From the IMG/VR virus record IMGVR_UViG_3300045988_070658: a stretch of DNA of 42,032 nucleotides; one strand, 5' to 3'. This document shows, one piece after another, positions 32,172-40,196 of the stretch. The notes beneath the pieces were generated by a model that was not told the DNA's origin, made no database searches, and was given only the letters and a program-made list of their open reading frames with translations. Numbering within the stretch: the first letter of the stretch is position 1; each line of letters begins with the position of its first letter. Made by a program: the position numbers and the translations under genes. The stretch comes from a virus.

Positions 32172-32527
32172 TGGCCGAGCCTATCAAGCTGGGCATCCAG
32201 TGGTCGCCGGACTTCCAGTCCCGTACCGAAGCAGGCTTTAAACGCCTGCAAAAAGAAGCAGACGGCGAGTTTCTCCGACTGGTGACCCCTTATGTTCCCA
32301 AGCGCACCGGTGCACTGGCAGGCAGCGCCAAGATCAGCACCGTGCTGGGCAGCGGCGAGATCCGGCACACCACGCCCTATGCAGCAGCCCAGTATTACCG
32401 GCTCCCCTGCGGGCAGGGCGTCCGGGAGGACGGGCGCGGCCCCTACTGGGGCGAGCGCTGCGTCAATGACCACCGGGAGGAATTCATCTCCTTTGTCAAG
32501 ACCCGCGCCAAGGAGGTAACCAAGTGA
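32171..32527 (+). CDS. Tail completion / neck protein (HK97 gp10-like)
   Basis: ATG 32171 overlaps the upstream stop (TGATG). ..LVTPYVPKRTGAL.. is typical of this family. Confidence 0.5.
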   Translation: MAEPIKLGIQWSPDFQSRTEAGFKRLQKEADGEFLRLVTPYVPKRTGALAGSAKISTVLGSGEIRHTTPYAAAQYYRLPCGQGVREDGRGPYWGERCVNDHREEFISFVKTRAKEVTK

Positions 32528-32967
32528 ATGACACTGCCGATATTCAGGCTATGCTCAACTGGCTGGCTACCTGTCCCCTGACCAACGCACTGGGGGACGG
32601 GGATGTGGCCTTCTCCATTGAGTATCTGGGCGCAGAGCCTGTGCAGTTCTCACTGGAAGCTACACCGGCTGCACCTGTGCTGGAGCAGTTTTTCCTGGGC
32701 AGCCGCAGAGCCCGCAACTATGTGCTCGCTTCCCGGATGTCTTACACATCGGAGGTCGTGCAGCAAGCGGCAAACTGTTCGTTCTGGGACGAGTTTGCAG
32801 CTTGGGTGGAACGCAAGTCCGCAGCCCGGGAGCTGCCGGAGCTGGCACCCGGAAAGCGCGCGGAAAAGGTCATCTGCCTTTCCCCGGGTTACCTTATGAG
32901 CCAAGATACCGACAGCTGTCGGTTTCAGATCCAACTTCAACTCCAGTACTATCAGGAAGGGAGATAA
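32524..32967 (+). CDS. Tail terminator / neck protein
   Basis: GTG start after AAGGAGG. Synteny. Confidence 0.45.
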   Translation: MNDTADIQAMLNWLATCPLTNALGDGDVAFSIEYLGAEPVQFSLEATPAAPVLEQFFLGSRRARNYVLASRMSYTSEVVQQAANCSFWDEFAAWVERKSAARELPELAPGKRAEKVICLSPGYLMSQDTDSCRFQIQLQLQYYQEGR

Positions 32968-32969
32968 CT

Positions 32970-33494
32970 ATGACCATTGCTGAGACCCTCGCGCAGCTGG
33001 CAGCCCAGAAGGGCATCACCCCCAGCGCCGACTATAAGGGCATCGAGGAAGCCGATGACTTCATCTTTGCCATCCAGACCGACAAGGCGACCCAGACCGA
33101 AAAGGCCAAGTGGATCGTCTGCGCCGATCACGTCAAGGAGCACTCCGGTGCCCTGAACGCCACTACCACGGACGATACCTTCATCCGCACCGGTCCTGTT
33201 ACCACCAAGGGCAGCGTACAGCGCACCCTGTCGGTCAACGGCAACCGCTGTGTGGGTGACGCCTTTCAGGATTTTGTCCTGAGCCACGCGATCAAGTACG
33301 GCTCCGGCCAGAACGTCATCGTGCCGTATCTGTACTTCAGCGTACGCACCGGCAAGGGCGAATGCGGCACTGCATCCCTGATCGTCACGTCTGACGCAGG
33401 CGGCACTGCTGGTGCAGCAGCCACCTTTGCCATGGACGTCAAGGCCGTCGGCGTGCCGGAAGCCTACGACTACACCGCCGAGAACCACGGCTAA
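32970..33494 (+). CDS. Major tail protein
   Basis: ATG 32970 after GGAAGGGAG. 174 aa. Followed by a terminator-like attenuator and then the chaperone genes. Confidence 0.6.
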   Translation: MTIAETLAQLAAQKGITPSADYKGIEEADDFIFAIQTDKATQTEKAKWIVCADHVKEHSGALNATTTDDTFIRTGPVTTKGSVQRTLSVNGNRCVGDAFQDFVLSHAIKYGSGQNVIVPYLYFSVRTGKGECGTASLIVTSDAGGTAGAAATFAMDVKAVGVPEAYDYTAENHG

Positions 33495-33515
33495 GTCCGC
33501 TGTACAAACCGATAA

Positions 33516-33550
33516 CGCCCCTGTCAGCTTTTGGCGGGGGCGCATTTTAT
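33516..33550 (+). terminator. Attenuator-type hairpin after the major tail gene
   Basis: CGCCCC (33516-33521) / GGGGCG (33537-33542) followed by CATTTTAT. Confidence 0.4.
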
Positions 33551-33564
33551 AGGAGGTAGATCAC

Positions 33565-34032
33565 ATGATCATCTGCAATCTGGAGTTTGAGTTTTCCGCG
33601 CTGAACGCGGACGACATCGACCGCATGGAAGCTGCGTCCAAGCAGCAGATCAGCCGTGCCAAGGCCGAAGCGAAGCGGCTGGAGCAGGAGAACGCAAGCT
33701 ATTCGGACATTCTGCGCAGCCAGTGCCGTGTGCTGATGGACTACTTTGACAAGGTGCTGGGCGATGGTGCATCGCAGCGTCTTGGTCTGACCGGCAGCGA
33801 TCTGGGCAAGTGCACGCAGGTTGCAACCGAGTTCAAAGCCGCGATCGAAGCCGAAAAGGCCACCGCACAGGCTGCCATTACCGTACAGCCGGTGCAGGGC
33901 AACCGTGCGCAGCGCCGTGCCGAGAACAAGCACAAGCATAAGCCCTCGGTGAGCTATCCGGCAGCGCAGCCGGACAAGGCCGCGCGCCGCAAGCAGCTGC
34001 TGGCAGAGCTGGCAGCGCTGGAAAATGGCTGA
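33565..34032 (+). CDS. Tail assembly chaperone
   Basis: Position between the major tail and tape measure genes. AGGAGG RBS. Confidence 0.55.
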   Translation: MIICNLEFEFSALNADDIDRMEAASKQQISRAKAEAKRLEQENASYSDILRSQCRVLMDYFDKVLGDGASQRLGLTGSDLGKCTQVATEFKAAIEAEKATAQAAITVQPVQGNRAQRRAENKHKHKPSVSYPAAQPDKAARRKQLLAELAALENG

Positions 34033-34630
34033 TCTGCTGCTGGACGCCCTCCCGGAGACCATGTGGGAGGGGCGCAAAATCAACTCTGACTTCCGGCCTA
34101 TGGTATGGCTGGCAAACCAGTATCTGCGGGGCGCTGCCGAAAAAGACCCTCTCGGCTTCACGCTGGGAGCATTCCAGCGCTTTTACGGGGAAGAGATCCC
34201 CGCACCGCAGTCTGCGGATGCCTTCCAGTCGATGCTCCGCTTCTACGCTGGCGGCGAAGCAGCTACACCGGAAGCTCGGCGCAGCACTGCTGCCGGAAGC
34301 TGCGATGCGGTCGCCTTTGACTATGCGTCTGACGCTTCCTATATCGTGGCGGCCTTTCAGCAGGCTTATGGCATCGACCTGACCCGTGAGAAGGTGCACT
34401 GGTGGCGCTTCCGGGCGCTGTTTCTCGGCCTGCCGGAGGACACCCTGATGCACAAGATCATGCACTGGCGCACCGCAGACCTGACCGCAATGTCCCCGGA
34501 GGAGCGCCGCTTCTATGAGGAGCGGCGGGAGCTCTTCGCCCTCCCGCAGGGGCTGAAAGGGGGTGCACCGCGTGCCGTATCCGTTGCCGAACACGACGCA
34601 GCCTTCCTCGCGCGGTTCCAGCAGCGTTGA
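34025..34630 (+). CDS. Gp15-like tail assembly protein
   Basis: N-terminal ..DALPETMWEGRKINSDFRPMVWL.. resembles the phage Gp15 family. Own ATG overlaps the upstream stop. Confidence 0.5.
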   Translation: MADLLLDALPETMWEGRKINSDFRPMVWLANQYLRGAAEKDPLGFTLGAFQRFYGEEIPAPQSADAFQSMLRFYAGGEAATPEARRSTAAGSCDAVAFDYASDASYIVAAFQQAYGIDLTREKVHWWRFRALFLGLPEDTLMHKIMHWRTADLTAMSPEERRFYEERRELFALPQGLKGGAPRAVSVAEHDAAFLARFQQR

Positions 34631-34763
34631 CCGTGCGCCGCTCCCCTGCCCCTACTGCGGCAAGGCGCTGCCGGTTTGGGCAGCGCCTGAAGCCACTGCT
34701 ATGGGCGTGTGGGTCAAATGCAAAAACCCGGCCTGCCGCCGGGAAATAGAGATCAAAATTTAA
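34572..34763 (+). CDS. Small zinc-ribbon protein (Com-like)
   Basis: CPYCGK-(21 aa)-CKNPAC..EIEIKI. The only in-frame starts (GTG 34563, GTG 34572, TTG 34584) lie inside the end of the Gp15-like gene. Confidence 0.35.
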   Translation: MPYPLPNTTQPSSRGSSSVDRAPLPCPYCGKALPVWAAPEATAMGVWVKCKNPACRREIEIKI

Positions 34764-34811
34764 GCAGCCTGTGCCTTTGTGCCCGCGCTCTTTTCAAGAG
34801 AGGTGGACACA

Positions 34812-37800
34812 TTGGCAGATTACAGCATTACCGGCGACACCCGGCTGGACACTAGCGGCTTTACCAAGGGCATAAGTTCCATGACGGTGGCCGCCGGAAA
34901 CCTGATTTCTGATCTTGCCAAAGCCGCTGGCAGCAAGCTGGCAGGGCTGGCGCAGTCCTCGGTCGGCGTAGGCATGAGCTTTGACGCATCTATGTCTCAG
35001 GTGGCGGCTACGATGGGCACCACCGTGGATCAGATCCAGAGCCTGACCGACACCGCCAAGGAGATGGGCAGCACTACCAAGTTCACCGCTACACAGGCAG
35101 CGGACGCGCTGAATTATCTGGCGCTGGCAGGCTACGATGCAAACAAGGCCGCCGAGGTCTTGCCCAGCGTGCTGAACCTTGCTGCTGCAGGCGGCATGGA
35201 TCTGGCCTATGCGTCTGATCTGGTCACCGATGCCATGGCTTCGCTGAACATCGAAGCCAACAAGCAGAACGTAGACGAGTTCGGCAATAAACTGGCTATG
35301 GCTGCCAGTAAGGCAAACGCCAACGTTTCCCAGCTGGGTGAAGCCATCCTGACGGTCGGCGGCACCGCAGCCAACCTGAAGGGCGGCACCACAGAGCTGA
35401 CAACCGCCCTCGGCCTGCTGGCCAACGTGGGCATCAAGGGCGCAGAGGGCGGCACTCACCTGCGCAACATCATCCTGTCGCTGCAGTCCCCCACCAAGGA
35501 CGCCCGGGAGGTCATGGAGCAGCTGGGGCTGGAGGTCTACGACGCCCAAGGCAATATGCGCCAGCTGGACGATATCCTCACCGACCTGAACACGGTCATG
35601 GACGGCATGACGCAGGGCGACAAGGACGGCATCATCAATGCGCTGTTCAATAAGACCGACCTCGCCGCCGTCAACGGTCTGCTGGCAGCGCAGGGTGAGC
35701 AGTGGGAAACTCTGGCCACCCAGATCGACAACGCCGGTGACGCTATGGGTCAGATGGCAGACACCCAGCTGGACAACCTGCAGGGTGCTGTCACCATCAT
35801 GCAGTCCGCGCTGGAAGGCTTGCAGCTGGCGATCTACGACAAGATGGAGCCCGCACTGAAGGTGCTGGCGCAGGGAGCAACGGAGACGATCTCCACCCTG
35901 ACCACCATTCTGTCGCAGGACGGTCCTGCTGCCATGCTGGATGCTGCTGTGACCATCATAGGCAGTCTGGTGAACGGCATCACGCAGAAGATCCCGATGG
36001 TCATGAGCGCCGCCACCGGCATCATCATCAAGCTGACCCAGTATCTGGGCGACCACGCGGATGATCTTTTTGACGCCGGCATTAAGATTCTGGAGAACCT
36101 GATCGTAGGCATCCAGAACAATCTGCCTGCGCTGATCACCGCGGCAGCGCAGCTGCTGGCGAAGTTCGCCGCGGCGCTGATCTCGCATCTGCCGGATCTG
36201 CTCAAGTGCGGCGCATCGCTGCTGCAGGCCATTGTGGAAGGCATCCTGCTCGGCATCGCAAACCTTGGAGAAGCTGCCATTGCCTGCGTTGCCAAGATCG
36301 TGGGCGTCTGGGACGGCAACTACACCGAATGGGGCAACATCGGCACCAACATCGTCTTAGGTATCAAGAACGGTATCATCGGTGCATGGGACGGCCTTGT
36401 GTCCGGCGTCAAGTCCAAGGTAGCGGGCATGGTGGATTCCGTCAAGAACCTCCTCGGCATCCACTCGCCCTCCAAGGTCTTTGACGAGATTGGCATGAAT
36501 ATCTGCAAGGGTCTTGCACAGGGTCTGACCACCAACGAGAAGCTGGCGAAGGACGCCGCAGCACAGGTTGTGGCATCTGTCACCAACACTGCAACGACCC
36601 TTGCGGATGGCATCGAGACGGTCACCCAGAGCGTGACCGAGACCCTGAAGGACGGCACCACCCAGCAGAAGCAGACCATCACCGCCACCGGCACCGAGAT
36701 CATCGACGGCGTAGAGCGCACGGTCAAGACCATGACCACCATCGCCGCTGACGGCACCAAGACCGTCAGCAAGACCATCGAGGACGCCGGGCCGCAGTTC
36801 TCCAGTGCAGCCGAGTTACTGACCCACCAGTTCACGGAAAAGCTCGATTCCAGCTGGGAGCAGATCAATAAGTCCATCCAGAGCGATGTCGTGGGCAGCA
36901 TCAAGACCCTGCTCCAAGCGATCAAGGACGGCGATCTGGAAAGCATCGCCACATGGTCTGCCGCCTACTTCTGGAACGCCTGCACAAAGGAGCAGCGCAC
37001 CCAGATCCAGACCTTCGCCATGGACGCCCTGAGCAGGCTGTCCGGCTCGCTGTCCGGCGTGTTCAAAAACCTTGCCAGTCTGGCGGCAGGGTTTGTCGGG
37101 CAGTTCGTGCCTGCCGCAGCGGCGGCTACCGGTGCGCAGGAAGGTCTGAACATCGCCATGGATGCAAACCCCATCCTGCTGGTGGTCTCCCTGATCGGGA
37201 TGCTGGTGGGCGCACTGGGCAGCTTTATCTCCACCAACAAGAGCGCATCCAGCAGCGTCAAGTCTATCTGGGGCGGTATCGGGGACTTTATGTCCTACAT
37301 TTTCGAGGGTCTGCTGCGCGTTTATGGCGCGTATCTGCAGGGCTTTGTCAACATCATCAACGGCCTGATCGCTGTTTATAATTCCGTTGCATGGCTCTGG
37401 GATGGCAAAATTGACCCCGTGTCCAACATCGCCTTTGACTACGCCGATAAGATCCGCAAGGACCGGGAAGAGCGGAAAGCGGCAGAAAAGGCCGAAGCTG
37501 AAAATGCAAAGGCGCAGGCACAGCTGGACGCCCAGTACGCAGCACAGTCCGGCACGGCTGAAAAGAAGCAGCTGGACGCAAAGTACAACAAAAAGCTGGC
37601 GGAGCTGGAAAAGGCAAAGCTGACCAAGGACGACCCCGGGATGCTGGAAGCCGAAAAGAAGGTGCTGGCCGCAGGGTATGAGCAGGATCTGGCAGACCTC
37701 GAAAAGAAGGTGCTGGATGCCCAGTACAAGCTTGCATCCGCGCAGCTGGAACAGAAAACCGCCACCGATGCCGCCCGGCTGGCAGAACTGGAAAAGCAGA

Positions 37801-38285
37801 TCAACGAAGCCCAGAACGTCATCCAGATGTCGGATCTGGAAAAGCAGCTGCTGGGCGTGGAATACCAGAAGTCCCTCGCGGAGCTGATCGCCAAGTACCA
37901 GCCCAAAAAGGACAGCACCAGCTCCTCCGGCAACGGCAGCACCGGTGGCTCTTCCGGCACTTCCGGCTCCGGCACCCCTGTGCCCGCGCCGGACACCCGC
38001 CATGACGAGGTGATCGCTGCCAACACCGCCGCCCTGCAGGAAGCTAACAAAAAACTGTCCGAAATGGTGCGGCAGGCCAATGCGCTGGTGCTGAGCGACA
38101 ACATGAAGGTCAGCAGCCGCGTGGCTGCTTCCGGCACCGCTCAGGTGGCAGCAGCAGCCAACAACTACCACCGGGAGGGCGATACCACGGTCAACCAGTA
38201 CATCTACAGCAAAGCCCAGAGCGCCGCCGACCTTGCCCGGGAGACCCGCTGGGAAGCGGATCGTGCCAAGGCACGGAAAACCTGA
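34812..38285 (+). CDS. Tape measure protein
   Basis: About 1157 aa. TTG 34812 (LADYSITGD..) lies 6 nt after GAGAGGTGG. Has a conserved TMP N-terminal region, hydrophobic segments and a C-terminal coiled-coil with repeated ..EKK.LDA.Y.. units. Confidence 0.85.
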   Translation: MADYSITGDTRLDTSGFTKGISSMTVAAGNLISDLAKAAGSKLAGLAQSSVGVGMSFDASMSQVAATMGTTVDQIQSLTDTAKEMGSTTKFTATQAADALNYLALAGYDANKAAEVLPSVLNLAAAGGMDLAYASDLVTDAMASLNIEANKQNVDEFGNKLAMAASKANANVSQLGEAILTVGGTAANLKGGTTELTTALGLLANVGIKGAEGGTHLRNIILSLQSPTKDAREVMEQLGLEVYDAQGNMRQLDDILTDLNTVMDGMTQGDKDGIINALFNKTDLAAVNGLLAAQGEQWETLATQIDNAGDAMGQMADTQLDNLQGAVTIMQSALEGLQLAIYDKMEPALKVLAQGATETISTLTTILSQDGPAAMLDAAVTIIGSLVNGITQKIPMVMSAATGIIIKLTQYLGDHADDLFDAGIKILENLIVGIQNNLPALITAAAQLLAKFAAALISHLPDLLKCGASLLQAIVEGILLGIANLGEAAIACVAKIVGVWDGNYTEWGNIGTNIVLGIKNGIIGAWDGLVSGVKSKVAGMVDSVKNLLGIHSPSKVFDEIGMNICKGLAQGLTTNEKLAKDAAAQVVASVTNTATTLADGIETVTQSVTETLKDGTTQQKQTITATGTEIIDGVERTVKTMTTIAADGTKTVSKTIEDAGPQFSSAAELLTHQFTEKLDSSWEQINKSIQSDVVGSIKTLLQAIKDGDLESIATWSAAYFWNACTKEQRTQIQTFAMDALSRLSGSLSGVFKNLASLAAGFVGQFVPAAAAATGAQEGLNIAMDANPILLVVSLIGMLVGALGSFISTNKSASSSVKSIWGGIGDFMSYIFEGLLRVYGAYLQGFVNIINGLIAVYNSVAWLWDGKIDPVSNIAFDYADKIRKDREERKAAEKAEAENAKAQAQLDAQYAAQSGTAEKKQLDAKYNKKLAELEKAKLTKDDPGMLEAEKKVLAAGYEQDLADLEKKVLDAQYKLASAQLEQKTATDAARLAELEKQINEAQNVIQMSDLEKQLLGVEYQKSLAELIAKYQPKKDSTSSSGNGSTGGSSGTSGSGTPVPAPDTRHDEVIAANTAALQEANKKLSEMVRQANALVLSDNMKVSSRVAASGTAQVAAAANNYHREGDTTVNQYIYSKAQSAADLARETRWEADRAKARKT

Positions 38286-38300
38286 AAGGAGGAATGACCT

Positions 38301-39188
38301 ATGCGGAACGACAAGCTGGTGCTCCGTACCGATGCGGGGGATTTCCTCTACGCTGGCTGGGACTACGGCGCACCCTATTCTCTCGACCCGCTGAACGGCG
38401 TCTCCGTTGACCTGAAAACCGCCCAGAGCGTAAACCAGATCGGCACCACCGTGGAGCAGCAAAGCGTCGCGGGCGTATACCGGGAGCTGATCATCGACTT
38501 CTGGAGAACAGACGGAGAAGCGCAGGCCAAAAAGTTTCTGGATGCACTGCCTTATTTTACCAAGGGGACTATGTACCTCGGAGACAAATGGTTTTGCCGT
38601 TTCGTGCTCTCCAAGACCCCCTACACAAAGCAGCTTGAGCCATACCCCCGGCTGGACATCATGCTGTACTGCGAAAAGCCCTTCTGGTACGACCTGAACC
38701 GGCAGAGTTATCTGCTGGGCGGGCTGGGCTTTAGTTTCCCGGCAAATTACAGCGTGCACCAGTATCGGAGCAGGACAAATGAAAGCACGAACTGCAAAAA
38801 CCCCGGCAGCCTGCCGGTAGGCTTTACCGCCACCCTGAGCTGCTCTGAGATCGTGAAAAATCCCTGCATCCGGGATGTCGCGCACGACACTTTCATCGGG
38901 CTGACCGGCTTTACCATGCAGCCGGGCACGACCGTGGAGTTTTACCAGACCGAGACCGGTCGTCTGGCAGTAAAACAAACTGTGGCAAATAAGGACAATC
39001 CCACCCAGCCAGAAGAGAAGAACATTTTCTCCTATCTGGACGAGGACAGCACCCTGACCGAACTGCGTGCGGGCGACAACTGGCTGCTGCTCAGTGCCGA
39101 CGCCGGAGAGACCGCCCTGCAGGCCGAGATCAGCTTTTACCCGATGTACGCGGGCATTCTCCCGGAGGTGATATCCAATGCGACTTGA
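38301..39188 (+). CDS. Distal tail protein (Dit-like)
   Basis: Immediately downstream of the tape measure gene. 295 aa. Confidence 0.6.
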   Translation: MRNDKLVLRTDAGDFLYAGWDYGAPYSLDPLNGVSVDLKTAQSVNQIGTTVEQQSVAGVYRELIIDFWRTDGEAQAKKFLDALPYFTKGTMYLGDKWFCRFVLSKTPYTKQLEPYPRLDIMLYCEKPFWYDLNRQSYLLGGLGFSFPANYSVHQYRSRTNESTNCKNPGSLPVGFTATLSCSEIVKNPCIRDVAHDTFIGLTGFTMQPGTTVEFYQTETGRLAVKQTVANKDNPTQPEEKNIFSYLDEDSTLTELRAGDNWLLLSADAGETALQAEISFYPMYAGILPEVISNAT

Positions 39189-40185
39189 CGTGCTGGACGC
39201 CCAAAAGCTGGAGCGTCAGGGCTGTGTGGACGCATGGGTCAGCCTATACTGGGACGAGCCTTACAACACCGAGGGCAGCTTTACACTGGAGGTACGCCCC
39301 ACCGCTGAAAACCTTGCCCTGCTGCAGGAGGGCTGCTGGGTCAAGCGCAGTGACCGTCAGATGCCCATGCGCATCTGCCACCGTACCAACGCCAACGAGG
39401 ACAAAAACCTCGTCTGCACCGGCAGCCCCGCAACGTGGATCCTGACCAAGCGGGTCAGCACCGCCATCGTCAAAGCAGAAAATGCCGAGGTCGCCATGCG
39501 CCGCCTTGTGGCAGAGATGGAGCCGTGGCCACGGCTGGAGCTGGGCGAGCTTGTGGGCTTTGATACCACCTACACCCAGCAGACCTCCGGTGGTGCCATC
39601 ATGGACTACATGACCACCATCGGCGCAGCCTGTGATCTGGGCTTCCGCATCGTGCTGGCGGGCAAGAACGACCAGAAGAAGCTGCGGTTTGAGGTCTACC
39701 GCCCTACGGCAGACCCCAACAACCGTTACTCGAGCAGGTGGGGCACTCTGCGGGACGCTTCGTGGGCTTTTGGCGATTCTGACTACTGCAACGTAGCCGT
39801 GGTGCAAGGCGCTGGAGAGGGCACTGCACGCGCCACTGTGACGGTCGGTCTGACCGATGCTGCCGGAGCCGAGCGCCGGGAGATGTATGTGGATGCCCGC
39901 GATCTGCAACCCGATGAAGAGTCCGGCGAGACCACAGCCAGCACCGCCTATCTGGAGCGGCTGATGGCGCGCGGCCTGAACAAGCTGCTGGAACAGACTC
40001 GCACCGGCAGCATCGAAGTCGAGCTCGAGGACAACGCGCTGGAGCCCGGAGACGTCGCAGTCTGCTCGCTGCCCGAGCTGGGCTACAAGGCTACGGTACG
40101 GGTGGCCAACATCATCACGCAAAGTCAGATGGACGGTACCACCCGCACGGTGCGGCTGGGCACACCGGTCTGGAAAAAGATCTAG
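39178..40185 (+). CDS. Tail tip protein, Siphovirus Gp37-like
   Basis: N-terminal MRLDVLDAQ....VDAWVSLYWDEPYNTEGSFTLEV.. resembles the ReqiPepy6 Gp37-like family. Synteny after Dit. Confidence 0.55.
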   Translation: MRLDVLDAQKLERQGCVDAWVSLYWDEPYNTEGSFTLEVRPTAENLALLQEGCWVKRSDRQMPMRICHRTNANEDKNLVCTGSPATWILTKRVSTAIVKAENAEVAMRRLVAEMEPWPRLELGELVGFDTTYTQQTSGGAIMDYMTTIGAACDLGFRIVLAGKNDQKKLRFEVYRPTADPNNRYSSRWGTLRDASWAFGDSDYCNVAVVQGAGEGTARATVTVGLTDAAGAERREMYVDARDLQPDEESGETTASTAYLERLMARGLNKLLEQTRTGSIEVELEDNALEPGDVAVCSLPELGYKATVRVANIITQSQMDGTTRTVRLGTPVWKKI

Positions 40186-40196
40186 GAGGGATACAT

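Noticed and set aside
33565-34630. Canonical -1 programmed frameshift (G/GT-type) between the two tail chaperone genes.
   Set aside because: I found no XXXYYYZ slippery heptamer near the end of 33565-34032. The second gene also has its own ATG (34025) overlapping the first gene's stop.
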